A stretch of 19,332 nt of DNA from assembly GCA_043767805.1 (NCBI GenBank), contig JAYUGC010000002.1, positions 1 to 19,332 of the forward strand. The letters run 5' to 3'. Under the pieces are notes generated by a model. That model searched no databases, had not been told where the DNA came from, and saw only the letters and a program-made list of their open reading frames with translations. The stretch is from Pseudomonadota bacterium (lineage in GTDB: Bacteria; Bdellovibrionota; FAC87; UBA2466). A program made the position numbers and the translations under genes. Positions 7,044 to 16,300 of the stretch are shown here, piece by piece; position 1 is the stretch's first letter, and each line of letters opens with the position of its first letter.

Positions 7044-8777
7044 ATGGTTCGAGCCTTCATAATGTCTCGGTTGGTTTTGGGAATCGCGCTGACTATCGGC
7101 GTGTCTCACTCCGCCCGGGCCGAAGAGTCCGGCTTTTACGAAGAAGGCAAATCCCGCATCAACAAGATGCTCGATCTCTTCTCCAGCAAATGGATTGATT
7201 CCGGCCGGGGCGCCGCTCAAGCCACCGAACCCGCCAAAACGGCCCAAACGGTAACGCCGGACGCTCAAGGCAAAGGCGCTCCCGAAGCGCCGCCCGATCC
7301 TGGGCCTCCGCCTCGCAGCGGCCGCGCACGCACGACGCCGCTTTGGATGCCTTATTGTTTTTTGATCGATCCTTCGCACGATCCCACGGACGTTAATAAA
7401 AACATGAAACGGATCGTGGACGAGTACGGCAAATGTGGCATCGCCGTCGAGCCTTTCGCTTTCACCATCGGGCCCAACTACCCGAGCGACTATCGGCAGC
7501 TGAACGATCTCACCCGCCAAGCGTGCGATTTCGATCGTGCCTTCGGCGTCCGCGGCGCGATTCAGATGGCGGTCAACGATCCGCAGATTCCGCAGGCCAT
7601 GTGCCGGGATCCCCAAGCGCAAGGTTGCTCGACGCTTTGTGAACGCCTCAGCGTCTCTTACGTCGCGGCGGGCGCGGGCTCCAAAACTTCCGTGCACGAA
7701 TCTCTGCACAGTAATTGCTGCGGCCGCATCTGCGTCAATCAAGGCGAAGGCCTGGAAAGCATCGGTTTCGGTATCGACATGGTCGAGAACAACGTTCCGA
7801 CGAAATGGTATCAGGCGGAAGACGCGAAAAAGCCCGCCCTCGCCGACGCCGAAGCCGACAACGAAGAGCTGAATCCCGATGCCTGCACGACGCTCCGCCA
7901 GGGAGCCTCTCCTAATGACGGCACCCACCGCTGGGATCCGAACAAATTGAATTTTTACGCACGCGCCACCGATCCCAAGGCTTTCAAGCCACTCGATGGC
8001 CGTTCTTTCTTCACGGCGAAGTCGGGTAAGACCCCCGACTCCAATCATCCGGGTAGCGGCGGCGGCGACGAAGGCGGCAAGCGCCTGGGCTCCGTTACTT
8101 ACGACGATAACGCGAAAAAGGTGGGCTCGACCGCCCAAGCCGGTGTTCCCGGCAAACCGGACAAAGATTCAATTCCTGGCGAGGATCCCAAGCACCGCAA
8201 CGGCGCGAATGGCGCCGGTATCGATCCCACGGTGCAAGCACTGCTCGGTAACCTCAAAGACATCGAGCAGGAAGCGGGAGACATCGACAAGCTTCAGTTT
8301 GTAAATACGCCCAAAGCAAGTCCCGCGGTCAGCAGCGGCGGCGGCTCCAAACGCGTGAGTTTCGACGATAACGCCAAGAAGGGTTCGGCGAAGCTGGGTG
8401 GCGGAGCGAACCTTGGTTCGGGCGGCGCCGGTGGCGCTCCCGGCGGGGGTGCCGGCACCATCGGTGGAGGAGGCCAAATGGCGGGCTTTGACGGAGGCAA
8501 TTCCGGCGGCGGCGGCGAAGGCGGCCTCAATATCGTGGGCGCCGCGGGCGGCGCGAGCAATTCTTTGGATGGCGGTTTCTTCGATCAAATCAAAACCGAG
8601 CAGGACGGGCCGGAGGCGGAACGCCCCCGAGGCAGCACGCTTCGTCCCAGAGAGCTTGCCGCCATCAAGCGCGAATCGAGCACCGGACTCTCTCAGCAGA
8701 CCGACGTTCTCATCTCGACACGTAAGGATCCAGACCGTATTTCCGGCGAGCAAAAAGCGACTCCGGGCGCTTATTGA
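7044..8777 (+). CDS. Secreted protein C, 577 aa: Cys-rich HExxH (putative zincin metallopeptidase) domain plus Gly-rich disordered tail
   Basis: GGGAG/AGGT upstream of ATG; signal peptide ending ARA; Pro-rich linker; 10 Cys in residues 105-281; HESLH at 7695-7709; Gly-rich C-terminal half. CDS is solid, peptidase function is inference. Confidence 0.8.
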   Translation: MVRAFIMSRLVLGIALTIGVSHSARAEESGFYEEGKSRINKMLDLFSSKWIDSGRGAAQATEPAKTAQTVTPDAQGKGAPEAPPDPGPPPRSGRARTTPLWMPYCFLIDPSHDPTDVNKNMKRIVDEYGKCGIAVEPFAFTIGPNYPSDYRQLNDLTRQACDFDRAFGVRGAIQMAVNDPQIPQAMCRDPQAQGCSTLCERLSVSYVAAGAGSKTSVHESLHSNCCGRICVNQGEGLESIGFGIDMVENNVPTKWYQAEDAKKPALADAEADNEELNPDACTTLRQGASPNDGTHRWDPNKLNFYARATDPKAFKPLDGRSFFTAKSGKTPDSNHPGSGGGDEGGKRLGSVTYDDNAKKVGSTAQAGVPGKPDKDSIPGEDPKHRNGANGAGIDPTVQALLGNLKDIEQEAGDIDKLQFVNTPKASPAVSSGGGSKRVSFDDNAKKGSAKLGGGANLGSGGAGGAPGGGAGTIGGGGQMAGFDGGNSGGGGEGGLNIVGAAGGASNSLDGGFFDQIKTEQDGPEAERPRGSTLRPRELAAIKRESSTGLSQQTDVLISTRKDPDRISGEQKATPGAY

Positions 8778-8817
8778 TCGCAACGCTTCACGGCAACCTC
8801 TGAGCTCCTCCGGCGGC

Positions 8818-8823
8818 TATAAT
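8818..8823 (+). promoter_or_regulatory. Sigma-70 -10 box, probable leaderless transcript of the antiporter gene
   Basis: Perfect TATAAT 8 nt before ATG 8832; no Shine-Dalgarno in between. Confidence 0.55.
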
Positions 8824-8831
8824 CGACTCTT

Positions 8832-10820
8832 ATGGTCGATTCCATGCTCTTTGAGCTCGTCGTAGTCCTGGGCTCGGCCACACTCGTCGCCACTCTCTTT
8901 CATTTCCTGCGCATTCCCACCGTGGTCGGTTTCATCGCGACGGGAATGCTCATCGGACCCTACTCCCTGAAAATCGTCGGCTCGCTTCCCGGCGCGCATT
9001 TCCTGACCGAGATCGCCACCCTCTTTCTGATGTTCACGCTCGGTCTCGAGTTCTCTCCGCGCAAAGTGATGCGCATGAAACGAGCCTTCCTGGGCGCGGG
9101 GCTCCTCCAAGTGCTCGGGACGACGGTACTCTTCACGGCCCTCGCCTATTTCGGGCTGGGAATGACGTTCGCGAAAAGCATCTTCATCGGCGGCTTGGTC
9201 AGCATGAGCTCGACCGCGATCGTGATGAAGCTTCTAGAAGACTCACGCGAGGTTCACTCCCCCTTCGGCGAAGCTTGCCTCGGCACCCTGCTCTTTCAGG
9301 ATCTCGCCGTCATTCCGTTGATGCTGCTCGTTCCCGTGCTGGCCGGCACGCAACTGTCTTCGAGCCACGACGTGCGCTGGCTCATGGCTTCCCCTCTGCT
9401 CCTCGCCGCCCTATGGTTCGGCGGCCGCTTCGCCATACCCTGGCTTTTTGACCGCATTTTGCTCACGCGGAGCCGAGAGGTTTTCTTCTTCGCCGTCCTA
9501 TCGCTTTGCTTGGGGATTGCCTGGGCGGTCAATCGCATCGGTCTCTCGCTTTCGCTCGGCGCCTTTCTCGCTGGCCTTCTCGTTTCCGATACGCCGTACG
9601 TAAAGCAGATTGCCGCCGACATCATTCACCTTCGAGACAACTTTCTGGGCCTCTTCTTTACGTCACTCGGGATGCTCCTCGACCCCGCTTTCGTCCTGGC
9701 TCATCCGGTTGCCGTGTTTCTTCTGTCCTTCGCTTTAGTCGGGGGAAAAGGGCTCGTGGCATTCTTGGCCACCCGAGCCGCTCGTTACTCCGCGTCGGTC
9801 GCGGGCATCTGCGCGGTCTCCCTCGCCCAGGTGGGAGAGTTTAGCTTCGTTCTGGCAACTCAAGGATCGGAACAAGGGTTGCTCGTCGGCACCGACCTGC
9901 AATACGTCTTGAGCACGGCTCTCATTTCCATCTTGGTAACGCCTTTTCTTTTTCGCGCGGCGCCTCGCTGGTTTCTTCGCGGCCGAGCGTTCTCATCCAC
10001 CGTGGGCTCTCAGCTTCCGGCGGTTGGCAATAATCCAGCGCAAGGCCATACCATCATTCTCGGCTTCGGCCCGGTGGGACAAGACGTCGCCCAGGCGCTC
10101 AAATCCCTCGGCATCCCCTATCGTGTGCTCGAAATGAATCCGGAGATCGTGCGCAAGTTCAAAGCAACCGGCGAGGACATCCTCTACGGCGACGCGAGCC
10201 AGGATGGAATGCTCGAAGCCGCCGGTCTCTCGCGCGGCAAGCTCGTGGTCTTGAGTGTCTCCGGAGCTTCGATGACTCGAGGGGCGCTGGCCGCCATTCG
10301 CCGCTTGCGGCCGGACATCCCCGTCATCGTGCGGGCGCAGTATCTACGGGAAATCGAAGATCTCTCACTCGACTCCAATACGGAAGTCGTCATCGCGGAG
10401 TTCGAGACTTCCATCGGCATGCTCGTGCGCACCCTAAGAAGCTACGGCATCGCCAACGATCAGATTGAGGGCTTCGTCGCGGGCCTTCGCCGCCGTCTGG
10501 AGACGAAAGCGAAATCCCTCTGGGGCGGTCCCGAAATCTTGAAGCTACCCTCCTGGGAAGCCATCTCACGCATCCGTCCGGTCCACGTCCTGCCCACTTC
10601 GCAAGCGTTAGGGCAATCTCTCGCGGAGCTCCGGCTGAGAGAGCTCACGGGCGCGAACGTCGTTTGCGTCTTTCGAGAAGGCCTCGGCACCACGGTGCCC
10701 AGCGCGGACTTCGTCATTCAAACCGGGGACGTCGTTCACTTGATTGGCTCGCCTGAATCGCTTTCCTCGGCAGAGGAACGGCTTTCCGGCGTTTCGCTCG
10801 CCCCCGGTAAATTAGGCTGA
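8832..10820 (+). CDS. CPA2-family (Kef-type) cation:proton antiporter with TrkA-N and TrkA-C domains, 662 aa
   Basis: Many hydrophobic helices with CPA2 motifs (FLMFTLGLEFS, SMSSTAIVMK, LLFQDLAVIP, LGAFLAG, LAQVGEFSFVL), Rossmann IILGFGPVG, YGDAS, and an RCK_C-like C-terminus (GQSLAELRLRELTGANV). Confidence 0.93.
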   Translation: MVDSMLFELVVVLGSATLVATLFHFLRIPTVVGFIATGMLIGPYSLKIVGSLPGAHFLTEIATLFLMFTLGLEFSPRKVMRMKRAFLGAGLLQVLGTTVLFTALAYFGLGMTFAKSIFIGGLVSMSSTAIVMKLLEDSREVHSPFGEACLGTLLFQDLAVIPLMLLVPVLAGTQLSSSHDVRWLMASPLLLAALWFGGRFAIPWLFDRILLTRSREVFFFAVLSLCLGIAWAVNRIGLSLSLGAFLAGLLVSDTPYVKQIAADIIHLRDNFLGLFFTSLGMLLDPAFVLAHPVAVFLLSFALVGGKGLVAFLATRAARYSASVAGICAVSLAQVGEFSFVLATQGSEQGLLVGTDLQYVLSTALISILVTPFLFRAAPRWFLRGRAFSSTVGSQLPAVGNNPAQGHTIILGFGPVGQDVAQALKSLGIPYRVLEMNPEIVRKFKATGEDILYGDASQDGMLEAAGLSRGKLVVLSVSGASMTRGALAAIRRLRPDIPVIVRAQYLREIEDLSLDSNTEVVIAEFETSIGMLVRTLRSYGIANDQIEGFVAGLRRRLETKAKSLWGGPEILKLPSWEAISRIRPVHVLPTSQALGQSLAELRLRELTGANVVCVFREGLGTTVPSADFVIQTGDVVHLIGSPESLSSAEERLSGVSLAPGKLG

Positions 10821-11167
10821 GACAAATAGATCTCCGGCCGCGGCACACGCCTCAACTCCGCCATCTCGCCTGCCATATCGACGCAGCGATAGGCCACGGA
10901 ACAAACCACAGTGCCGTCGTCCGCGCAGGAGCAAGACCCCGAGCAGCGCCAGCCGACGAGAACCTGACTCTTGTTGGCGCAGATGTCCCGGCGCGGATCG
11001 TAGTCGTCACAGGTGACGTTCTGAGAGCAACCGGGGCTGCACGGTGCCTTTCGGCAAAATGAGCTCGGTGAAGATTCCGGTAACGGCGCAAACCCGGCCA
11101 TCTGTGCTTCGGCATTCGCCGTGCCTGCAAAGCCCAGCACGAAACATAAAAATATTAAGCGTAGCAT
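10736..11167 (-). CDS. Small secreted cysteine-rich protein, 143 aa
   Basis: Purine-rich RBS (GGGAGGGGTGAGGGG) before ATG; signal peptide ending ANA; 10 Cys in about 58 residues; 3' end overlaps the convergent antiporter gene by 85 bp. Confidence 0.7.
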   Translation of the reverse strand: MLRLIFLCFVLGFAGTANAEAQMAGFAPLPESSPSSFCRKAPCSPGCSQNVTCDDYDPRRDICANKSQVLVGWRCSGSCSCADDGTVVCSVAYRCVDMAGEMAELRRVPRPEIYLSQPNLPGASETPESRSSAEESDSGEPIK

Positions 11168-11258
11168 CCCCTCACCCCTCCCTGGATCTCTCTAAGGCTA
11201 ACGCTCAATTGTGAGGGAATAGGGGACGAAAAGTTCTGCTTTCGGGGCCACGCTCAAC

Positions 11259-13325
11259 TCACTGGAATTCAGACGGTTCGGGCGAATCGTTTCCAGGCTC
11301 GTCGCCTCTCACCTCAAAGCCCACGCTATCGACGGCACGTCCGTTCCGGGCTACCAGCTGAAGCTCGTGATGCCCCGGAGTTGGCCGCCAAGGCGCGGGG
11401 CTCGCGGCGGGACCGAGCGATTCGCCATCCAAGTGCCACTTGAGGCCTTCGCTCTCGCCTTTCATTTCAAAGACGATTCTTTGCTTGTCCGCCGGGATGT
11501 CGGGATCCCAGGCAAAACGGCTTCCCGACACGGGGTAACCGATGCGAGGACGCCCGCCGACGATGAGCAGGGACTTTTCCACCGGCTCGGTGCCCACCAG
11601 GAAATTTTCTCCCGAATGAACGACGACGTTCGAGGGCCGCGCGGGCCGCTGACTCGGACGACGGACATTTAAATGAGCGAGCACTTCTTTCCATACGGGG
11701 GCGGCCCCCGAAGCCCCGCTCACGTTCCACATGGAGGAGCCGTCGAAATTTCCCACCCAAACTCCCACCGTGTATTCCGAGGTGAAGCCGATGCACCAGT
11801 TGTCGCGCATGTCCTTGCTCGTCCCCGTTTTCACGGCCGACCAAAACTTGGTGGTAAGCGGGCTCTCCCATCCGAAAGTGGCCGCGCGGCTTTCCCTGTC
11901 CGAGAGAATGTCCGAGACGAGATAAACCGCGCCCTCCGAAAACTCACGCCGCGCTTCTTGCCCGCCTGATTCGGGCAACCATTTCGCCGGCGACCAAACG
12001 CCGCCGTTAGCTAAAGCGCGGTACGCGTTGGTCAGCTCCCAGAGGGAAATATCCGCCGTGCCGAGCGCTAGCGACGGGCCATACTTTTTTGCCTCTCCAA
12101 GACTCTCGAGACCAACGCCCCCCAACTTCCGAACGAAGGTGTCTTCTCCCAATAAAAGCAGAGTGCGCACCGCGGGGATATTGAGTGATTCCGCGAGGGA
12201 TCGGCGCGCGGATACCGGGCCCCGGAATACATTGTCATAGTTCGCGGGGCGGTAGACCCCGCGCGCGAAAGGAACATCCAAAGGCACATCGAGTAGCAGA
12301 GATGCCGGAGTCAGCCGCTTCTCGTCAAACGCCAAGGCGTAGAGAAAAGGTTTGAGCGTGGATCCCGCTTGCCGTTTTGCTCGTACTCCGTCGACTTGGG
12401 AGATCGATTCGCCATTTCCGACGTAGGCCAGAGTCTCCCCAGTCCTGTTATCGAGCACGACCACCGCGCCGTTGGCGACATGCTCGTCTTTCAATGACTT
12501 CAAGTAGCGATCGAGCGTTTCCGAGGCGAACGCCTGCGCGTCCAGGTCGAGCGTGGTTCTCACCTCCGGTCCGTGCCCCTTCACCAGACGAGCCAGATGG
12601 GGCGCAAAGTTCACGCGCGGGCGGATGTGATAAGCGCCCGTAAGCGAGCTTTTGTCGACGGAGCGAATGGACTCGCAAGTTTCGACTCCGATGGCGCACG
12701 CCCGGGCCACCACGGCCGCTTCGGAAGCATTGGGAGCACGGATGAGGGCCGCGAGCAAGGCCGCTTCCGCGCTGTCCAAGCCGTGCGGCTCCTTGTCGAA
12801 GAGCGCGCGAGAAGCCGCCCCGATGCCCCGGATCTCACCGCGAAACGTCACTAGATTGAAATAGGCCTCGAGTATCTGGTCCTTGTCCCACACGGTTTCT
12901 AAATCGCGCGCGCCTTGAATTTGCTGCCACTTCTGCCACATCCCGCGCCGACGGCCTTTGGGCCGAAGCGAAGGATCGAGAGCCGCCGCGACCTGCATGG
13001 AGATCGTGCTCGCCCCGCGGGACGCCTTACCTCGGATCGATCGCACCGCCCCCGCAATGAGAGCGCGCCAGTCCACGCCCCCGTGAGAGCGGAAGCGTTT
13101 GTCTTCCGCCGCAATCACCGCCCGCTGCGCCGCGAGCGAGATGTCGGGAAGAGGTACCCAATCGAGCCGACGGCCTTTGAAGTCCTGACGAGACTCTTGC
13201 AGGAGCCGGCCCTCCCGGTCGAGCACGCGCGGATCCGAGCTCCGCCACTCGGCGCGCACTTCGGCGAAGGGCGGTACTGCTTGAACCACCGAGGCGAAAG
13301 CCAATAGCAAGAGAACGAGCTTCAA
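11259..13325 (-). CDS. pbpC: Penicillin-binding protein 1C (transglycosylase/transpeptidase)
   Basis: GT51 motifs EDKRFxxHGGVD and GASTISMQ; transpeptidase SxxK (GSTLK), SxN (SLN), KTG (KTGTS); C-terminal beta domain; directly downstream of alpha-2-macroglobulin. Start placed at TTG 13325 (TTGA overlap with the upstream stop); TTG 13340 is an alternative. Confidence 0.93.
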   Translation of the reverse strand: MKLVLLLLAFASVVQAVPPFAEVRAEWRSSDPRVLDREGRLLQESRQDFKGRRLDWVPLPDISLAAQRAVIAAEDKRFRSHGGVDWRALIAGAVRSIRGKASRGASTISMQVAAALDPSLRPKGRRRGMWQKWQQIQGARDLETVWDKDQILEAYFNLVTFRGEIRGIGAASRALFDKEPHGLDSAEAALLAALIRAPNASEAAVVARACAIGVETCESIRSVDKSSLTGAYHIRPRVNFAPHLARLVKGHGPEVRTTLDLDAQAFASETLDRYLKSLKDEHVANGAVVVLDNRTGETLAYVGNGESISQVDGVRAKRQAGSTLKPFLYALAFDEKRLTPASLLLDVPLDVPFARGVYRPANYDNVFRGPVSARRSLAESLNIPAVRTLLLLGEDTFVRKLGGVGLESLGEAKKYGPSLALGTADISLWELTNAYRALANGGVWSPAKWLPESGGQEARREFSEGAVYLVSDILSDRESRAATFGWESPLTTKFWSAVKTGTSKDMRDNWCIGFTSEYTVGVWVGNFDGSSMWNVSGASGAAPVWKEVLAHLNVRRPSQRPARPSNVVVHSGENFLVGTEPVEKSLLIVGGRPRIGYPVSGSRFAWDPDIPADKQRIVFEMKGESEGLKWHLDGESLGPAASPAPWRPTPGHHELQLVARNGRAVDSVGFEVRGDEPGNDSPEPSEFQ

Positions 13326-16300
13326 GATCCGACTTCCCAAATGGCGTTCGGAATCTCACCGAACATTTCCGGAGCGTACATGGCTTCGACCCGGGTAGGA
13401 GGAAGCTGAAACGTTCCCGGATTATTCAGGCGTACAGTGTACTCGAGCTGGTAATCGCCTTCGGGCAGATAGTCGAGGTAGCGACGGAAACCTTCGAAAG
13501 AGCGCTCTTCGAAAGCCACCGAAGCCCAGGTTCCCGTGGTCTTTTCGCCTTGAGTGGCGAGCGCGGAATCCCGCCCAAGCCCCGTCCCCAGAAGTGCGCT
13601 GCCCGTCGGAATCGGATCGTTGATCACGACCCAAGTCATGGGGCTCTGACCGGTGACCTTCACCGAAACCCGCGCCAAGTCTCCGCGGCTCCATTTCCCC
13701 TTCGTCTTCTGCTCGACCGGCGTGATTTTCTTTTCGACCCGGTACCCGGCGGAAAGCGGCTCTTTCAACGCAATCGCCGCCGAGGCCAAAAGACTAATCC
13801 ATGGCGCGCCCGCGCCCGCGTGTTTTACATCGAGAGCGCCTTTTCCTTCCGGCCAGCCGAACTGGCGCACGTGAGTGCCTTTCTCCTTCCAGTCCACTTT
13901 GCCTTTTTCGGTGCCGAGGCTCATTAGCGTCTGACCCGCCACGGGGGTCTTCTCATAGAGCTTCGCGAAACGCTCGACCGCGAGTACGCCCCACGCATTT
14001 GCGGTGGTGAGATCCCAGTGCCCACCGTGCAAACGCCCGATGGAGCCCGTCGCGAGCCGAGGCGCGTCTTTCTTCCACTCCGGCTCGTCGGAAAGCGTGT
14101 GCAAAGCCCGGACCGCGTTCGTATCACCCGAGGCCATGAGCCACCAAAGATGATCGGTTTTTTCCGTCGAGAAAGCGAGTGTCGTCCCCTGAAGCGCCAC
14201 GCGAGCTTTCAATTGGGCCATCCCTTTCTTGAAGCGCTCTCCTCCCGGTTCCACTTTCTTGAGCATCCGCACCCAATCGATCAATCCAGACGTAGGCCAC
14301 CCCGTGATATCGCCTTCCACCGACGAGAGATGAGCGAGCTTCGGCAAACGTTTTCCATTCCCCGCGAGCGCCTCCAGCGCCGCGACTTTGCGCAATGATA
14401 AATCGGACGTTTCGAGCTGGCCCTTGCGCGGAATACGGCCTTCCGCGAAGCCTTCGAGCGCCATCAACAGTTTGTTTTCGGGGGTCGCGGGAAGGGGCCA
14501 TTCCGCCGCCGCCGCGACCGACACCAGATAGGCACTCAAGACTTCGCTACCTTCTCTAGAGGTCGGGAAGTATTTCGCGAATCCCGCTCCATCCAAATAC
14601 CCTGGCAACTTCGCCATCGCTTTGTCCCAGAGCTTTCTGTCCCTCAAGGCGATGGCGCGCGAGACCTGCTGCTCGAGGCAGGTATAAGGGTATTGCTCCA
14701 TATAAGCCCGAACGCCTTCGAGACCACCGACGAGAGTCGGCGAAAGCTTGACCTGAACCCCGCCTCTTCCGGCCTCGGCGCCGACTGGCAACGCAACCGG
14801 CATCTGCAAGGGAGCCGACGCTTGCAGGACGGTTCCCTGCACCGCTCTCACCGGCACGGAATCGACGATTTTCTGTGAAACGGAGACGGTATCCCCACCC
14901 CCGGCCGAAGCTTTCAACGTGTAGCGAAGCTCTCCCGTCATGGCGGGCACCTGATAGTCCCAAAACGCTTCCTTCGCTTCTTGAGGAGCAAGCGCCACGG
15001 TCTGAGCCGCAAGCGAGTCCGCCTTTCTGTTCACCCCTCCCACCGAGCCGGAGAGTTGCACCGTCATCTTATGTGTCGTCGTATTTCTCAGCTGGACACC
15101 GACCCGCAACTTGTCTCCCGAGCGCGCCAACGGAGGAATCCCGGGCAACACCATCAGATCCTGAGAAGTGCGGACGCTCGTATCGCCCGTGCCAAACTGC
15201 CCAGCTCCCGCCGAGGCCACCGCAACGAGCTTAAAGCTCGTCAAAGAATCATTGAGCGGTATTTCGACCTTTGCCTCACCCGAAGGCGACAATTTCACCC
15301 GCGCTTTCCAAAGGAGCAAAGTATCGAAGAGCTCGCGCGTGCTTCCGCCTCCGGCAAGCCCTCCGCCTCCACCGGCGGGAAGTGCCTTCAAGCCGAAATG
15401 CCGTTTTCCGATGACGTGCATTTGCGCGGTCGAAGTTCCGACGAGATACCCGCGCCGGCCCATCATGGCCTCGAGAAGATTCCACGACTTATTCGGCCAA
15501 AGTTCCAAAAGACCTTCGTCCACGGCTGCGATAACCACTTCGGCGTTCGCGCCGAGTTTCCCCATGGCCGGAGTCACTTTCACGGTTACCTTCGCCTTTT
15601 CCCGCACGCGGTACACTTCCCGATCGGCTTTTACCGCAACCTTGAGCTCGTGAGCTTTCGTTCCGACTTTGATTTCGGTGAGGCCGAACTTGTAAGAAGG
15701 TTTCCCCAGATCGACGAGACCTGTCGGCTTGGGATCGCCCACCCGCCCTCGAATGGCCAGCACCGAGACGAAAACATTCGGCGCGTACGATCCCTTGATA
15801 GGAATTTCTACGACGGGCTCTTTACCCGAAAGCTCGCGCACGAAACTCTCGATGACCCCTTCCCGCTCGACGGTAACGAGCGCGGTCGCCTTTTGATAAG
15901 GCATGCGCACCTGAAACCGCGCGGTCTGGCCCGGCTCGTACCGCGTTTCTTCGGCGAGCAGATCCATCCGATCGTGATTAGGCAGCTCCCACCGCCAATC
16001 GTCTTTACCGTAGACCCAGATGTCCTCTCGGGCGAACGAGGAGCGTCCTTCGGCGTCTTTCGTCGTGGCGCGCACAATGACGTTGCCTCCCACGGAAGAT
16101 TTTCCCACACAGGTAAATCGGCCGCGCCTATCCGTCTTTTGACGACAGAGCTCGCCTATACGTTTCACTTCCGTGAAATGCTCGTACACGTAATAACCGC
16201 CGAGAATTCTCTTTCGGTGCGTAAAGGTATCTCTACTAAAGAGATCCAGCACCACTTCCTGATCCGCGATGGGCTTTCCTTTCGGATCGACGGCAGCGCC

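Noticed and set aside
7026..8783. Minus-strand ORFs of 370 and 204 aa
   Set aside because: Antisense to protein C, which has the promoter, RBS and signal peptide.
11206..11223. 16/18 match to the protein A leader (CAATTnnGAGGGAATAGG)
   Set aside because: Opposite orientation relative to its gene, no -24 box, and such matches are expected by chance in 19 kb.
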